DNA from: Enoplolaimus lenunculus | Taxonomy: Eukaryota | Length of the DNA: 64,000 nt | Reading direction: 5' to 3' | Assembly (NCBI GenBank): GCA_030248215.1 | Contig: JASANG010001649.1 | Location: 496,001 to 560,000, forward strand | Part shown: positions 24,866 through 39,400 of the stretch, piece after piece | Position numbering within the stretch: the first letter of the stretch is position 1 | How the letters are laid out: each line of letters starts with the position of its first letter | The notes under the pieces: generated by a model | Databases searched by the model: none | What the model was told of the DNA's origin: nothing | The model's input: the letters and a program-made list of their open reading frames with translations, nothing else | Position numbers and translations under genes: made by a program

Positions 24866-27800
24866 ATGAATTCAAAAGATGGAAAATTAATAAGCGCAGG
24901 CAATGTTAGCCAAGCCAGCAGAACTGTAACTGACACGGGCCGTCGTGTAGGATCTGAGCCGCCACGGAAAATATATCGGACTCGAAGAGCAGTCAAGCGT
25001 CAGTTAGAAGAAGAGGTAATGTGATATGACTTCCGATCTTTATTTACTATAATCTTTGCGCGTTAAGTTATTTTCGAAAACTGACCGAGAACGATTTCTG
25101 TTTTGTGCAAATCACCTAATCAAGTAAGGTTTTCAACAATATTATTTTATTGCATTTTCTGGCTGTTTTAATAACCAGGGATGGGACTCTCAATGAAAAC
25201 GTCGAGACTGAGACAGGCTCAAGTTCTTTGAGACGGAGACTTGCGACTTTTTTGAGTCTCAGAAATATTTTGCATCAGTGACGAACCATTTCAGAAAAAT
25301 TCTAAAACACGAATCCTGAAGGTCCTATTCCAGTCAAAAAACGTTAACAATACAAGATTGAAAACAAAACAACGTAATTACGGTACTATATTGATTTATT
25401 TGGCACAAAATACACACATAACAATCAGATATCAGAGAGACAGACCGATATTACATATCACATAATAAAAACTGCACTGTCGCAGAAATCTTATTACGTT
25501 CTGATGGTGATAAGCTTAATATCGCGGGATTTTACACAAAAACTTTATAATATTTGAATTTCATAAATATACATTTACCAGCAAGTATACAGTATTGATT
25601 CATCATAATTCCCAGCTGTTGCTTACTCGACATTTTTCTACTTACTCCTACATTTATTTTACGGGAATAGCATTACTAAAAATTGTGTGCTATGCTCAAT
25701 CACTTGTTGATAAATTAAAATCCAGCATGCTCTAAAACAAAGCAACTACTAAATTTACTCCGGTCAAACATATATCAATGTTATGGAACTGTATAAAATT
25801 TTCCTATAAAAAAATTACAAACAATTAATGAAAAGTTTCCCAGAACTGTCACTCCTGTATGGCATCGGCAGCGGAGTTTCAGTTTCTAAACCTGAGACTT
25901 TTTAAAAACTAAGACAGAGACTGACACTACGCGAGTCTCCGGGAATTTCTGAGACTGAGAATCCCATTCCTGTTAACGCGATGTTTCTCTGTGGCAACAA
26001 GAGTTTGTAAGTAAATTAACTGTTTTCAGCTTAAAAAGTAATTTAATAGCAAGTTTCCAGTGGAAAAGCTATTTTAATGGAACAATATTTAAGTTTAGTT
26101 GATTATTTTTTCCGAAGTTGTAGTCTCAGTTTTTTAACCTACCGAAACTCAAAAAGCGAGGTTAAGACCAGCTGAAAACAGAGACTTACCAAGGCCCCAT
26201 TTTGGGCCTCACCTTGCGCGTTACTGCTATAGCAAGACTGGAAAACTGCCTGCTCCTTGATATTTTGTTGCGTTTGTCAACAAGGTATGAAAGCGCAAAC
26301 GGAAAACGCATGTTTGTATGCAACTTACTTCGAAAGTTCGTTTTAGGAGACTTGTACAGGTATTAATTTGCTTGCTGTGCGGCTGCCTTCTGTAGAGATT
26401 TACAGCCGTCTCGGCATGTGTAGTTCAATGATACAAATGATCGAGACTAAGCAACTCCACTGATTTGACCACCTGCAAGGGAGTGGTGTAGACCACCCCA
26501 TCAAGCAGGCGTATCATTGTGAAGTGGGTGGAACGAGGCCAAGAAGACGTCCCAAAAACACCTGGGACGCGACAATCAACGCTGTTCTACGTAATCGGGG
26601 CCTAACTGCAAGCGACGCACTAGACCGTGATTCATGGCGCCTGTTAATTCAGGGGGGCACGCCAACCCCAATAGACTGGGAGGACGGCTGCAAAGAAGAA
26701 GAAGCTGATGATGATGATGATACAATATACGTATTAATGTATATATACCTGTCAGCTACATAGCGCACATTATTTTTTGCTGAGGTTGTTTTATGTGTTT
26801 TGATTGCTGACTTGGATTTTTCCCCACCTGGCCACCTCATTCTGTGGAATCAGACGAAGAAAATGTATATATTTATGTACTAGACTGACTAGCTCTGATT
26901 TCATAATCATATATTGAGAAATTGTTTGTATAGGTATTTTAATATCACAGTCTCCGGATATTGTGACATTATAGAAAACGCAGTCGCAAGCAGGTGTTGA
27001 AGATGAGAAATCGTCAATTAACATGCTCAATGACGATGTTTTGGTGTTATGTTTTCGATACCTATCGCTACATGAGCGTTTGAAATATGAAACTGTGTCG
27101 AGAAGGTAACAGTTATTAAGCTTTGTTGAGTCTTTGAGTCATCACCTACTTTATTAGCTAAGCAGAATTCAGAAGCAGGAAGAATTTTGTTATTGGGAAA
27201 TTGTATCCGTGCGCCAACTTACAACCATGTCCTTTGCCGGTGATTTTACTGTAATGGAATTAGTATGTTTGTCAACTGTTACTCCATTTCTTTTGTTCCT
27301 TTTTGCATATTGTTTAGATGGAAGCGTCTTTTAGCGCGTTCGTGGTCGCAATTTGCAGAGCTTGACATTGCCCGAATGATGCCACCGTTGCCACTGAAGA
27401 CTGCAGTTAACGCCGATTCTCCGGAAGCCAAGAATTCAAGAAAGCCGATGCTACCGAAAGCTCTTAAATGTTTAATAGGTATGTAGGTGTATTACGAGTG
27501 TATTGATTTCCGTCAGAGTTTTAATTTCGGAGAGCATTTTGCGGCGCAAATTCGTTTACGTTATCCAAGTGTGTTGTATGGTTACATATATGCTATATAT
27601 ATCAGTATATAAGTAATTATATAATTTAAGGTAACGTGCTCTGGTTTTTTTATCCGGCCGTGCCGTTGCTGATATGCCTAGAAATGGAAAATTAAGCCAA
27701 CAAATCAGTTAAACTTCAGTGTTTTGCCATATCGACAAGTCTGTGGAAGCAAAGAGGTATTTGTGCAAGCAAAACTGAATCGGTACTTCATTTCAATTAG

Positions 27801-30800
27801 AATTCTATCAGCCCGAACAATCCTTCCTGTAAATAGTTCTTATTGTAGACCGAAGTGGGCCATTTCTACGAATATTGCGGGTCAACGCACCACATGCCTT
27901 TCCGAAGCTGACTTATTCCTCTATGAGATATGTACTTCGATCTTGTCCGCAGTTAGTGGAACTCGAGTTTAATGGTTAGTAAAATCAGCTACATAACGTT
28001 TGTTTATTACAAATGCTGTCTGTGGTCTCAGTTATTGGTATTGATAGATATTTTATACTGCTTCTTGCAAAACTTTTTAAGCATTCTGAATGCAGGATTA
28101 GGCTCTTAAAAGAGTAAATCGATCTTTTTTATCATGACTGGTTTTTGCAATGGCGTTAGAGATATTTACCAAACATAATTAAATAAAGTAGACAGACCAT
28201 TGCTTAGAAAAATACACGGGAGTAGGTAGAAGTGGGCGAGATAAGTATAGAAAGGGCTTTAAAGACGCTAAAAATTTGCGGTTTATGTACCTATTTGGAT
28301 TTACAATTCATGTGCGAGTTTGAATCTAGTGCAAATTATATTTAGGCAATCTTGTAATCGTAGGTAATTTTTGTATTTGAAGACTGTACAATGTTGGGAG
28401 AGTTCATGTGAACGGAGGAATCGTAGTGGGATGTTCGAATGTGTGTAAAAACCTTCCCAACTTGAAAATCCAGTGTTCCTTTTAACATTTTGAATGATTT
28501 GGTTTGTTTTCGGTATTTCTATCTGGATCTGTGTTATATTCATAATATTTCAGGGACAGGCTTAACGCCTGCCGCCATTTTAAGTATTAGCATAGCGGCA
28601 CCTAATCTTGAGCGATTACTTCTTCGGTCATGTCACAGCAATAATCCGCTGCCAGTAAATAGCGCTCATTTCTTTCACCGTCGTGATAAACTTACAGGTA
28701 GGTTGCCTGTGCCTGTACTTTAAAATTGTTTACTGTTTGCACATCACACTTTGATAAATACATACACTTCAATACTGTGTTATGATTTTTCAGTATCAAT
28801 TTTTGTCCCTTTTGCTTTATCATACGTTCGATTTAGAAGTTGTTAAATAATTTCTGTTTGTTAATTTCAGAAGTAGTTTGTGTTTATTTTTATAGTATCT
28901 GAATCTGGGTACTGTTAATCTGGATTATAATGAACACATTTTGCATGAGTTGCTTGAGACGAAACTAATAATCGAATTATCTTGAAAGTAATGACTGGTT
29001 TCCGAACCTTTACTTAAGTTCAACGTCATTCTTAAATATGCACAAAGCATTTACTTATCCAATTTATCGTTTCTAAAAGTGTATATAGGTAGCAACATGA
29101 AACTAAAATTATTTTAACTGAGATTGTTTACACTAATGGCTCTCTTTAATATAAAGTGAAACGTAACTTGAATTTAATAACGCTGACTTCGAATTGGTAT
29201 ACGTTTGTTTTTGCACGGAAAATTAAGTATTTATTTAAGTCGCATAGGATTTCAGAATATAGCCAATGTGTGTACATGCTAATCGGCAGCATGCTTACGC
29301 GTAGCAGCATAGGAGTTCAGCATAAAAGGTCTGAGGTCTCCAGATAATCTAGTCTTGTCATGGATATTGGTGTCTAACAGTACGCAACCGTACGTACTAA
29401 TTTGTAAAGCATAAGTATACAGCGAAATGTTGTTCAGCTACTTTAAGGTACTGAAAGAGTAAAATTGTCCAAGAGTTTGAATGATTTGTTCGCGTTGACA
29501 CCATTTCCTGCGCTTAGAACGTTTGAAATAACTGGTATGTTTTGTTTTAGCAAATTTTGTACTATATTATGAGAGCGTGCAACAGGAACTCCAGATTTGA
29601 TAAACAAGTCACATTTTTAATGAATCTTCCGGTATTCTCAGTATTAATAATGTTTTACTTTAAAAGTTAAGCTTAAACATTGACCAATTTCTTATTTTTA
29701 AGCTGGTCTGTGTAGTACCAACTTGCAATTAAAATTGAAAATTTTTTGAGAAATATGTTAAAAAAGGCAGCTTATCGCTTTGATATAATTGTCAATTCAG
29801 CAAAGCTCGTCAAGAATTCTGGCGACTAAAAATAATTCATTATCGTGTTAATATTTTAAGGAACGCTGCATTGAAAACTAATTTTTTTGGTTCCGGTGTA
29901 AAATCCATTATTATTTCTGTTTTTGATTCAGTTTTTGGTATTTTTAAATTAGGTTGCATCGTAAACTGCTTTATTAATTATGTCAAACGGGCATTATGTA
30001 TACGTTTTGAGAAGCGAATTTCAACCATTTCACTGTTTGTAAATTTTATGCTGCACTTCTAGCAATTGGAGCTGTGCTTGATTTTTGCGTACTGAAAAAA
30101 CATGCGAGTGGTACGTATCATTGAGACAAACTGCCAAATTTCTTAGCCAACATATTGACGCATTTAACGCTCGTAATGGGCATTTTTGTATAACAGAAAT
30201 TGAATTAACTGTACGAAGTATGTATACCCGTCTTTCTCTTTGTGTAAAAATGTGTATTTTTTAGGATCGATGCTAACCGATCATTACTATCTTGAAAGTA
30301 TTCCTTCAACGCTAGAATGTTTAATAATACACCAAGGAGTTATTGATTATCGTGCGGGTATCCTGGATTTTTCACGATTTTTCAAAGGTACGTTTTGATT
30401 TTGATATTTTGTTTGCTTGAATGAGTAAAGGCACAACAACTGTTTATCCGGTTCCGGCGAAAAATCGACATTGTACGTCGACTCCGGTGCTCAACGTTGT
30501 TAGATAGACCAAAATATGTATTGAGCGAAGCTCGAACACACTTAAGCAATTAAGGTAATCTGCAAATTATTTATTAGCTAACTATTAATTTATCGGTTTT
30601 GAAGGTCTGTAAGCAATTTGCTCAGATTCCTCATACCCAAAAACTCTTTATTAGATTGCTTGTAACCCTAATAAGTCGTGAAATATTGTAAAAAGTTCCC
30701 TAATTTAGGATAATCAATTATGCTAATATGCAAATTTGCTATTAGCTGACTATTCAATTATCGGTTTTAAAGTTGGGTCTACAATTTATTTAGATTCCTC

Positions 30801-33800
30801 GCACCCAAAAACCCATTGTTGCTGAAATTACATTGCTTGTAACCCTAATAGGATTTAAAATATCTTAAAAAGTCCTAATTTAATCTTAACCAATTATGCA
30901 AATTAACCTGTAGCTAATAAACGGCTGAAATTTTTAAGACAAATGCGAGGTTAACACCCCAGGATAACAGGCTTTCAAAGAAAAAAGTTTATCAAAATCG
31001 GTTCGTCGGCTCCTGAGATCCTTTTCGGACGGACGGAGAGACGGACACCCACCTTTCGACACCCGAGCACAAAATATAAAACGCTTCGCGAAACTCCGAA
31101 CTTTGCTCGGAGTTTCGCTTCACTCAATAAGTAATATATTATGCTGACAATGTTATTTATAAAAGCCCTTGAATAACCACAGTTATAACAATAATTAATT
31201 AAGCACTAGAGTGAAGCTTGTTGGAGTTATTAAAGAAACATAGTATGAGTTGGAAAAGTGTTCTAACGTTTTTGTTGAAAACTCCATAAATGTTTCACCA
31301 TAATGAAGTGTTTAAGCTGAAAACAGCTAAAGGGTATTAATTTTGGTGCAAGCGCATAGAATTATGCGGTATGTAGATTAATTTCATACCACACAGCGTC
31401 CTGCCCAAAGTTATCGAAACGGTTCCTGAGATTTAATTAAATTTAAATCTTTGAACTTTTTAAAGACCAATTTCTACCCCTACTATCAGACACATGTTAG
31501 CAATTTATTGTTGTGTTGCTGGTTGAAACATTTTACTAATTCTAGGATGCTTAACGTCTATATGCTTTTTGCATTTGCGGCCTGCGGCAACAAAACAATA
31601 TCATCTGAGTTTGTCTCCAATGAGTTGATCACAATGTTCTATTTCAGTGTCTTCAATATTAATCGATTTCAGGTCACCCCAATCTGAAAAAGTTTAGATG
31701 CGAAGAAGTTCCGAGCACACACATCCCCAGTTTCGTAGATTATTGTCCTTTACTAGAAACACTGGAGCTGCCCAATTATACATCGCATTCTCTTAACAAT
31801 TCTGCAAGTGACAGTTAATTGTTATATTAAACTTTTGGTAGCTTTATTTTTGCTTTTTGATTATGATAGTTAGTGTTGCAATAGTTAAATATATAATCCG
31901 GGCACGAACGAACTCGGATTTTTATTTGCGATAATATATGTCTGAATACATTTCATGGAGTTTGTGTTCAAATAAAAAGCTTTCTTTCAAATAACAACCT
32001 GGAATAACGTGAAATTGAATGTCTGTGCGCAGCTTCTCGTTTTTCGTAGTATTGCTAACTCAAGAACTTTTTTAGTTTCTAGCTTTGGCCATGTCTGATC
32101 AGTGTTTTCAAAGATACGGCAACTTGTTAATTTAGAATTGTTCAATGTATATTTTGTAAATTTTATTTTAGTCAGGATTCGAGAAAATTTCAAGCGCTGT
32201 AAATTTAAAGCGACTACGTTTGAGTCGTGTTTCAAAACAAGCCATCTCAGATGCGGTATTTTGCGAGATAACAAAGCGATGCACTAAGCTTGAAGAACTG
32301 TTATACGATTATAATACGTTCTCAGAGGAAGCGTTAAAGTGAGAAATTATTTATTATTCAAGAAGCTTCGATGTTATGCTAATAAATAATTCTCTAGTGT
32401 CAGCTAATAACGGATATAGTTCGCATTTTGTGCCCCAAACACTTATTAGCCCCAGTGGCAACTTGAACGTCCCAAATGACAATTGCGGTTCGGGGTAGCC
32501 CAAATAACTAGTGGACAGGAGACTAGTTTTGGTTGGTTGTTCAGTTTTGACTATATTCGAGAAAGCTGACTTGCACAGCAATTATTTGGCTTCACTATAT
32601 TTGCAAAGTATAAATTAAACAAGGATTACATGGGGTGACTGGACAGGGCAAATACAAAAAAGTGCTTAACTTCGACCCTCCCCTATTCACTGGTTAAAAG
32701 TATACATCACAACTAGTGACAGACTCTACTGCACATTTGAAAATACCGCTTAAGATTAGTGTAACCGTCAAAAATCAATCCAACAAACCTTTAGACGAGA
32801 TGCCTTTCTCCTTTGTTTTTCACGCTGCCTAAGCTAATTAATAATCTTTCTGATAAAATAAAGCAAAATTTGTTTCCCATTCTTGATTCTATAGTATTTT
32901 CTGATCAACTCAGGTCTGAAATTATGAAAGAATGTTGGCCTACGTAGTATAGAGCCTTCTAAAACCCGTTTAAAGCAAATTGTTATTATCCTTTGAAATT
33001 AAAATATTTGAAAAATGTATTTGTACAACAGATATACATATAGATAAATACCTTCTTTGTTAAGTATTTTCCCTATATGAACATTGTGTATTTGTTGCTT
33101 AGTATTGTATTATAGATCGATATCGCGATGTAAACAATTACGACTGTTAGATTTAGGCCATTCGACACATTTAACCGATTCAGCTTTGGAACATATTACA
33201 TCGGGTACACGACAATTACATTCGCTTGCAATACATGCGAACAATATTAGCAATGCTGGTCTAGCGTCAGTAGGCACTAATTGCTCTACTACAATTAGAA
33301 CAATTGATATTCGACGCTGCTCGCAAATTACTGCTGAAGGTTAGTTATATTTAGGCGTAATGTTCCAGTTGATTTCGTTGAAAAAATGGGTTGATGTAGT
33401 TCGTTGTAAAAATGGGTAGAATTACATTGGTCTAAACTAAACATGAAACTGCACGCTGCGTCTTTTATATTTTTCATAGTATTGATCGGCTTTGTGAGTA
33501 TTATCTTTTACAAAGCAATTATTAGTTATCCATCAGAAGTATTGCAATGTTGCTGTCTGGCCTTTCTCTCTCCCTTCCAGGGCGGGACGAAATCCACGAT
33601 TTCAAGGAATCCGAGTCAGCGCTAATTTGCCTAATCCGAATTGAAACGTTCCGTTTTACAAACTTCATCGATAATTCATATTATTGTCATATTTATACAT
33701 GGTTGCAAATAATATTTCTATTTAAAAATCGCAAACCTTGTCTAACGCGATCTAGTTGTCATAATGGTATACTGCAATACATAAAGTTATTTACTGCCAG

Positions 33801-35231
33801 CATTACTCAGAAATTGACGTACTGCGATGTTTTGGATACCTTAAAATGTCGAAAAATAAACCGAATCTTCAACTTTATTGTTGTTGTTTTTGTTGTTGTT
33901 GTTGTTGTTGGCCGTCCTAGTGGGCTTGACTAGAAATATGATAAGTCTCGTATCGTCCTGTCATGTGTATTGGACCGAAGTGTACTCATTGATTCTGAAC
34001 ACTATGTTACCAGGGTGTTACCGAATCTTGCATTTTGCAAATTTCTGAGCTGCAAAACTAATAACATTTCTTATTCGAGCAAGTCTACGTTTATCACATA
34101 CGCAATTATTTCGCACGACCCCAGTTCTGTGATTCGTGACCTGAAACAAAAAGTACTGATTTATTTTAGAAATTATTTAAAATTTTATTGTTTAAAATAT
34201 ATATATTGCCGAACATTGTTGGATTCGGCTTTTAGAATCGGTTTTTTTCACTCACATCCGAATGGCAAATTTTTGCCGAATCCGAATCCGAGCTTTTGTT
34301 GACACAATGCTTCTTACGTAGCATTTTGCAGCAAAAATATCTTTTTATGTAGGTTCTGATTTTATTCAAATTTAGGCTTGACCAGTTTGGTCACTGCGCT
34401 ACGGAATTCTGAAACCAGAGAAGCGGGCTTAACACTAAAGCTCTTTATACGTCGCGCTGGTTTTCGGGCGAGTGAGGTCGCACCTGATATTGCTGCCATT
34501 CCGTGGCTATGCTTGAGCAATATGCCACGATTCGGATCTGCGATGCGTATTTTAACTCGAACTCGCGCTCTTGGCCGGGCATTTGCTTTGTAAGTAAATA
34601 TATTAACAATAACTAATAAATTTTACTGTTAAATCCGTGGCAATAGGTAAATGATTTATGTTCAACTGATAAATCGATATCATTGTCGTAAAATTGCGGT
34701 ATCGTTGTTTCCGGCTCATTACTTATAACAGTTAAGGATGCTTTAAAATTCACCGGGTTTTAAAACTTATACTATCAAGGGGCATTTGGTTTCGCACTTT
34801 ACCTTAACCGAAACAAATTAAGTCAGTAATCTTATTTATAAATTCATGTAAAAAACTTGGCCAGTTTAGTCAGCTTTTTTTATCATTTCAGACAAGAATT
34901 TGGGCAGTTTTTCCGGCGTGCAAACATTCAAGTCGGCGATGGCGATAATACAAGCTCAGACGATGAGTCGTACGATGGTGACAGCGATGATAATTTAAGC
35001 AACGGAAGTAGTTATGACGTTCCTGAAGGGTTGCTACATCCAATATATGAAGATGACAGCGATCATCACTTTGATTCGGACAACGAAGATAATGATGATC
35101 ATTTTGTGTTTGGGCCAAATGTTTTCGCTCGTAGAGTTGGTGTGCCTGATGGAGATGACGAAGTGGCGAGGGAAGCTCGTGCAAACGGTTGGTCAGATGA
35201 ATCTGACTCGGAGTCGTGTGTCATTATGTAG
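24866..35231 (+). CDS. F-box/leucine-rich-repeat protein, ~665 aa, acidic tail and C-terminal CVIM
   Basis: Exons 24866-25015, 26975-27105, 27318-27478, 27849-27974, 28554-28697, 29448-29534, 30265-30387, 31673-31803, 32172-32338, 33116-33339, 34376-34589, 34892-35231, in phase. F-box INMLNDDVLVLCFRYLSLHERLKYETVSRRWKRL; cysteine-containing LRRs (CPQLVELEF, APNLERLLL, CKQLRLLDL, IRTIDIRRCSQIT). In-frame TGA just upstream of the ATG. Confidence 0.88.
25176..25972. mobile_element. CAGGGATGGG-ended MITE with GAGAC sub-terminal repeats (hAT-like)
   Basis: CAGGGATGGGA...TCCCATTCCTG TIRs; GAGACTGAGAC motifs near both ends; TSD degenerate. Confidence 0.55.
26437..26716 (+). mobile_element. 5'-truncated RTE-clade LINE 3' fragment
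   Basis: Translation QLH*FDHL...GTRPRRRPKNTWDATI...ALDRDSWRLLI resembles the RTE ORF C-terminus; (GAA)n/(GAT)n tail; flanked by ATGATACAA direct repeats (26428-26436, 26717-26725). Confidence 0.8.
30520..31125 (-). mobile_element. Helentron/DINE-1-like element in FBXL intron 7
   Basis: Same subTIR, tandem units and GGAC microsatellite as 14318-16320; lacks the GTAGTGGGACTAC stem-loop end. Confidence 0.75.
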
Positions 35232-38200
35232 GGCTTGAATATATTGCAAGCTGATGTAGTGATTAGCAACAACTTTTGTTTGGTCCATGTAAACAATAGG
35301 GTACTACCTACTAAACAAACGTAAGCCGAGCCTTAGTTTTCAGTCTCTAATTCCAGCAGTCACCCTGTCCCAGTGTGGTTACAACCACTTGACATTAGCG
35401 GTTGGTTTTGTAGGACATAAGTCAGCTGCGTACTGAACGATGAAATTTTTGTTAATCTTCGGCTGGAGCCGGAGGCACGCCGCTGGTTGTGCCATGAGTA
35501 CGTAATGTCGGTTAAAAGTTTGTTGCATGTTATTAAGTATGGTATTGATTTTTAATTCCAATAGCTTTTAGCCTAATTAGCGTTGAAATAAACACTTTGC
35601 AGGCTTTATAAGGCAATATCTTAGAAACGCTTGCTGCACTACTTGCTGTTCCATGTGTTATTTTCTGTTTCGAATGGTTTGTGTTTGTGTGTTACATTGT
35701 GTTCACTTGTATTTTTACTGATTATATGTTCCCTTTAGCGCATTCTATGGTGTTCTAAGCTAAGATTATTTATTTGGAGACACCAAAGAGTGGCTTAAAA
35801 CATGGAAAAAATGGTGTTGAACTTCTGTTTTGTATATATCTGCCAGCCAAATATTTTGCTGTTTTGCTCTCTGTTGTTTGTCATGTAAGTTCAAACCTGG
35901 TGAGGTCTTGTTTTCATGCAGATGCATGTTTACTTTTACTTACGCCAAATTATCGATCATGTGAACTATGGTTTTAAATTCAATTTGCAAAGCAACCATG
36001 ATAGTTTTCGGTGCAGTGGTTATTTCTTGGAGTGGACTTCAAAGATTTAACAAAACAATCTATGAGCTGTTAATTAAACACGGAACATCTCGATTTTCTT
36101 TATTTCTATTTCTGTTACCCTACTGTTAAATGTTCAGTATTAAGTTGGTTGCGGGGTTGTATTTGAGACGAGCGTATTTTGAGATTTATCACTTCTAGTT
36201 CAGAAAAACGGGTTTGGTGTGTTGCACTAGCGGATCCAGAGAGGGCGGGAAGCGTACGCCCCCATCAGAAATTTTTTCATAAAATGACCGCAAAATACTT
36301 TGAAAAATGTCCCTAATTCGCTCAATAAATTTTTGTGCTAAAATGATATGGTCTTTAACCTTATATCGCATATATTTTATTTCGGATATCTTACACAGTC
36401 TAAACAGAGCTAAAAAGTGTCGAAGCTGGGGGCCAGCAATTTTTACCTAGCAAGAAGTGACGCGAAATTAAATAAAAAATTGTTTTGAAGTTGCTAGTTT
36501 TAACAATTCGTTAAGACTTCTTGTCAAGGATTTAGGCCAATATATGGAACAAGGCATTCCTAAGCCTAAGTGTAACAAAATAATGAGCTTATACTTAAGC
36601 CTACGTCTAAGCAAAAAATTTTATAGTCTAAAGCTTATGCTTTCCCTGCTACAATGCAGTCCCGCGCAAAAGTCTTCCGTCCCTGATAACTGCACAACAG
36701 GGTAGGTACAACCGGATATGTGCCGTAAACGAGTTTGCGTGTCGGGATTTCTTAAAAAATAAGCCTAAACCAAATTTTTTCATCCGGCAGTTCTTGTTGG
36801 ACATTTATCCTGTTATGTGAAATTAAATTTCTATTTCAAATATCCGAAACTTAATTTGCTTTTTTTTTAAGTTTCCGAACCTAAATTTTTTTCTCAAGCA
36901 CTTGTTTTCACTTGTTGCTCTAAGGGAAGTACTTAGGGCCGTCCCGGTTTGTGATGGGTCTTTAAAATAGCAGGCTTACATCTAGACTACATTTTTTCCT
37001 TAGGCTTAGGTTAAGGAATACGCTTAATCTACTGTTACGGCCCTAAAAGTAACATTGGCCTCTAATAAGAATTCGTAAGCTGATAGAATCCCTAAACCTT
37101 AATTAGAGTCCATAAATGTCCATTATTCATAATAAAGTGAAACTCAAAACGTATTTAAGTTTTGAAGGTACATTTCTAAGTATAGCTAACCTTGCATTAT
37201 CGCTCAATATTAACACAATACAAATAAACATTTAATTCAACGAATAGTTTGCAATACTATGGATATGTCAGTAACGATGGGCGATGTAGGGCATGTTAAA
37301 AATAAATGATAGTCCGTAAACGAATAACGGTGGTACAAGAGTGCAACCGGAGCTGAAAAATACCGGAGCCGGAGGTCAAGGAAACTTGCCAGAGACGGAG
37401 GGGAGGAGACATTATATGCAATATGTTAAGTTGTTTGGTTTTACGCTAATTTTCTGCGAAAATTCGGAAATTTTTATCTGAAAATTGTGACAAGTAAAAC
37501 AAAACGCGTTAAACCGATAAATTTTACAAAACTGCGAAATTTTACTACCGCAATTGCCGGAACCTTCGGCAAAAATTCTACCGGAGCCGGATGCGATTTT
37601 CTGACGGAGCCGGAGGCAGACGTCCGGTTGTACCCTGCTAAACAGATAACTTACAAAAATATGCAAAATATTACGATCCAGGGCCGGAACAGCAGCATAA
37701 GCATATTCCTACGCCTAAGCTTAAGCCTACGCAAAAGTTGGTAAAGCTTAAAAGTATCCTATTACAGCCGCACCGGAAAGTGATTCGGTCCTGTTCCATA
37801 CATGGGCCAATATTACTACCGAAATTACCGGAAGCTCTGGCTAAAATTCAACCGGAGCCGGACCCGAAGGCTGATTTTCTACCGGGGCCGAAGGCAGACC
37901 TCGGTTGCACCCTGGGTGGTACCCTCTCGAGAGGCCAAATAAATATCAGTCCCCCTCTTATTCGGGTCATTACAGTAATGCTACTGCTTCAATAGTGCTG
38001 AGTATTTGGTTTAAAAGATTGCTACTGCCTAATAAATACTTGATACGTTGGCCAGCTGAGATTGAGTTGGTTTGTCTTCGATTCCATCGAAGTCACCCTT
38101 CCCTAGAACTATATACACGAGTCGTTTTACATTCCAAGAAGAAACAACCACATTAAAATATACTTTACGCTAAATCGTATGCAAACATGAGCCCGAAAAG

Positions 38201-39400
38201 CAATTTTTCACCAAAAATTTTTCTACAATAATTTTCTGTGGGAGGAAAATTGCAAGGAGACACCTCATTTTATCACAAAAATTCTGATGGGGCAAATTGT
38301 ACGGTAGGCACCTTACCATTTTATCATAAAAAATTTCTAACAAGAGGCGTACGCAAAGTCCGTCAACGTCTGGATCTGCTAGTGCCCGCCTTCTCTCTAA
38401 ACCGTAGGAATTTTTGGTTCTATTGTTCAAGTAATGTTGCTCCAAATCTTCAGGACCCACTCTAGTCTGAGTACATCGGAACATAATGCCGATTTGGCTC
38501 CTCAACCTCCCCTGATAATTTCAATTAAATTCCAATTTTAAGACTTGAATATATACTTTTCCTTTTGTGATCTTATATATAGATTACTGCGGAACCAAAA
38601 ATGTATTTTCAGCAGTTCAGAAATCTATATATTTGTAACAACGAAACTTTGAATCAATGTTAAGTTTTTTCTCTCTCAAGAGGAGGAGGCTGCGGCTTCC
38701 TTGAACTTTCTGCATTTTGAAAGGACACTTCCTACACTAAGCTGTTCATTATTCAGACAGCTAAAATAGCTGATAAAGTACTTTTGGACTGTTTTCTGTG
38801 CATAAGAAGAAAGTTGTTTACCGTGGGGGTTTGTAATCCAAAAGTTATGAGAACCCTTTGCAAATTGCCAGATTTGCAAGCCAGCCTTTTACTGTATTGA
38901 CCCGACTAAGAGGGGGAGGGGTAATAAGAGGGGGTCCCCATTTGAGTCCCGATCAATAGGAGAGAGTCCCTAAACCCTAGAGTCCATAAATCAGAAATAT
39001 TCCTAATTGTAGCGCATAAATGGGTCCATGACCAAATAAAGTTGAGTTCGAAACTTAAAGCGTAAGTACTTAAGTTTTGAAAATAAATGCAAAATCTCAG
39101 TTCCGAAATTGCCGGAACCTTCGGCAAACAGCCCGCGTGTACTCTGCCTTGGATGTAAGAACAAGTTTTCAGAGTTTCTAGTGTTTAACACTTGTGAATG
39201 TCTTCATGCCACAATTTTAGTAATCAATGGAAGATCAAACAATTTTTGCACTTTTGTAAAAACTTAAAGGTGTTACCGGATATCCGTTTCCGGTTAAGAT
39301 CGTTGTCATATTGTGTAATTTTTACGTTCAAATTTGTCATGAATCACGTATATATCTCGCAATTTTACCTAAGAGATATCTGGCATAAGTATCTGTTAGG

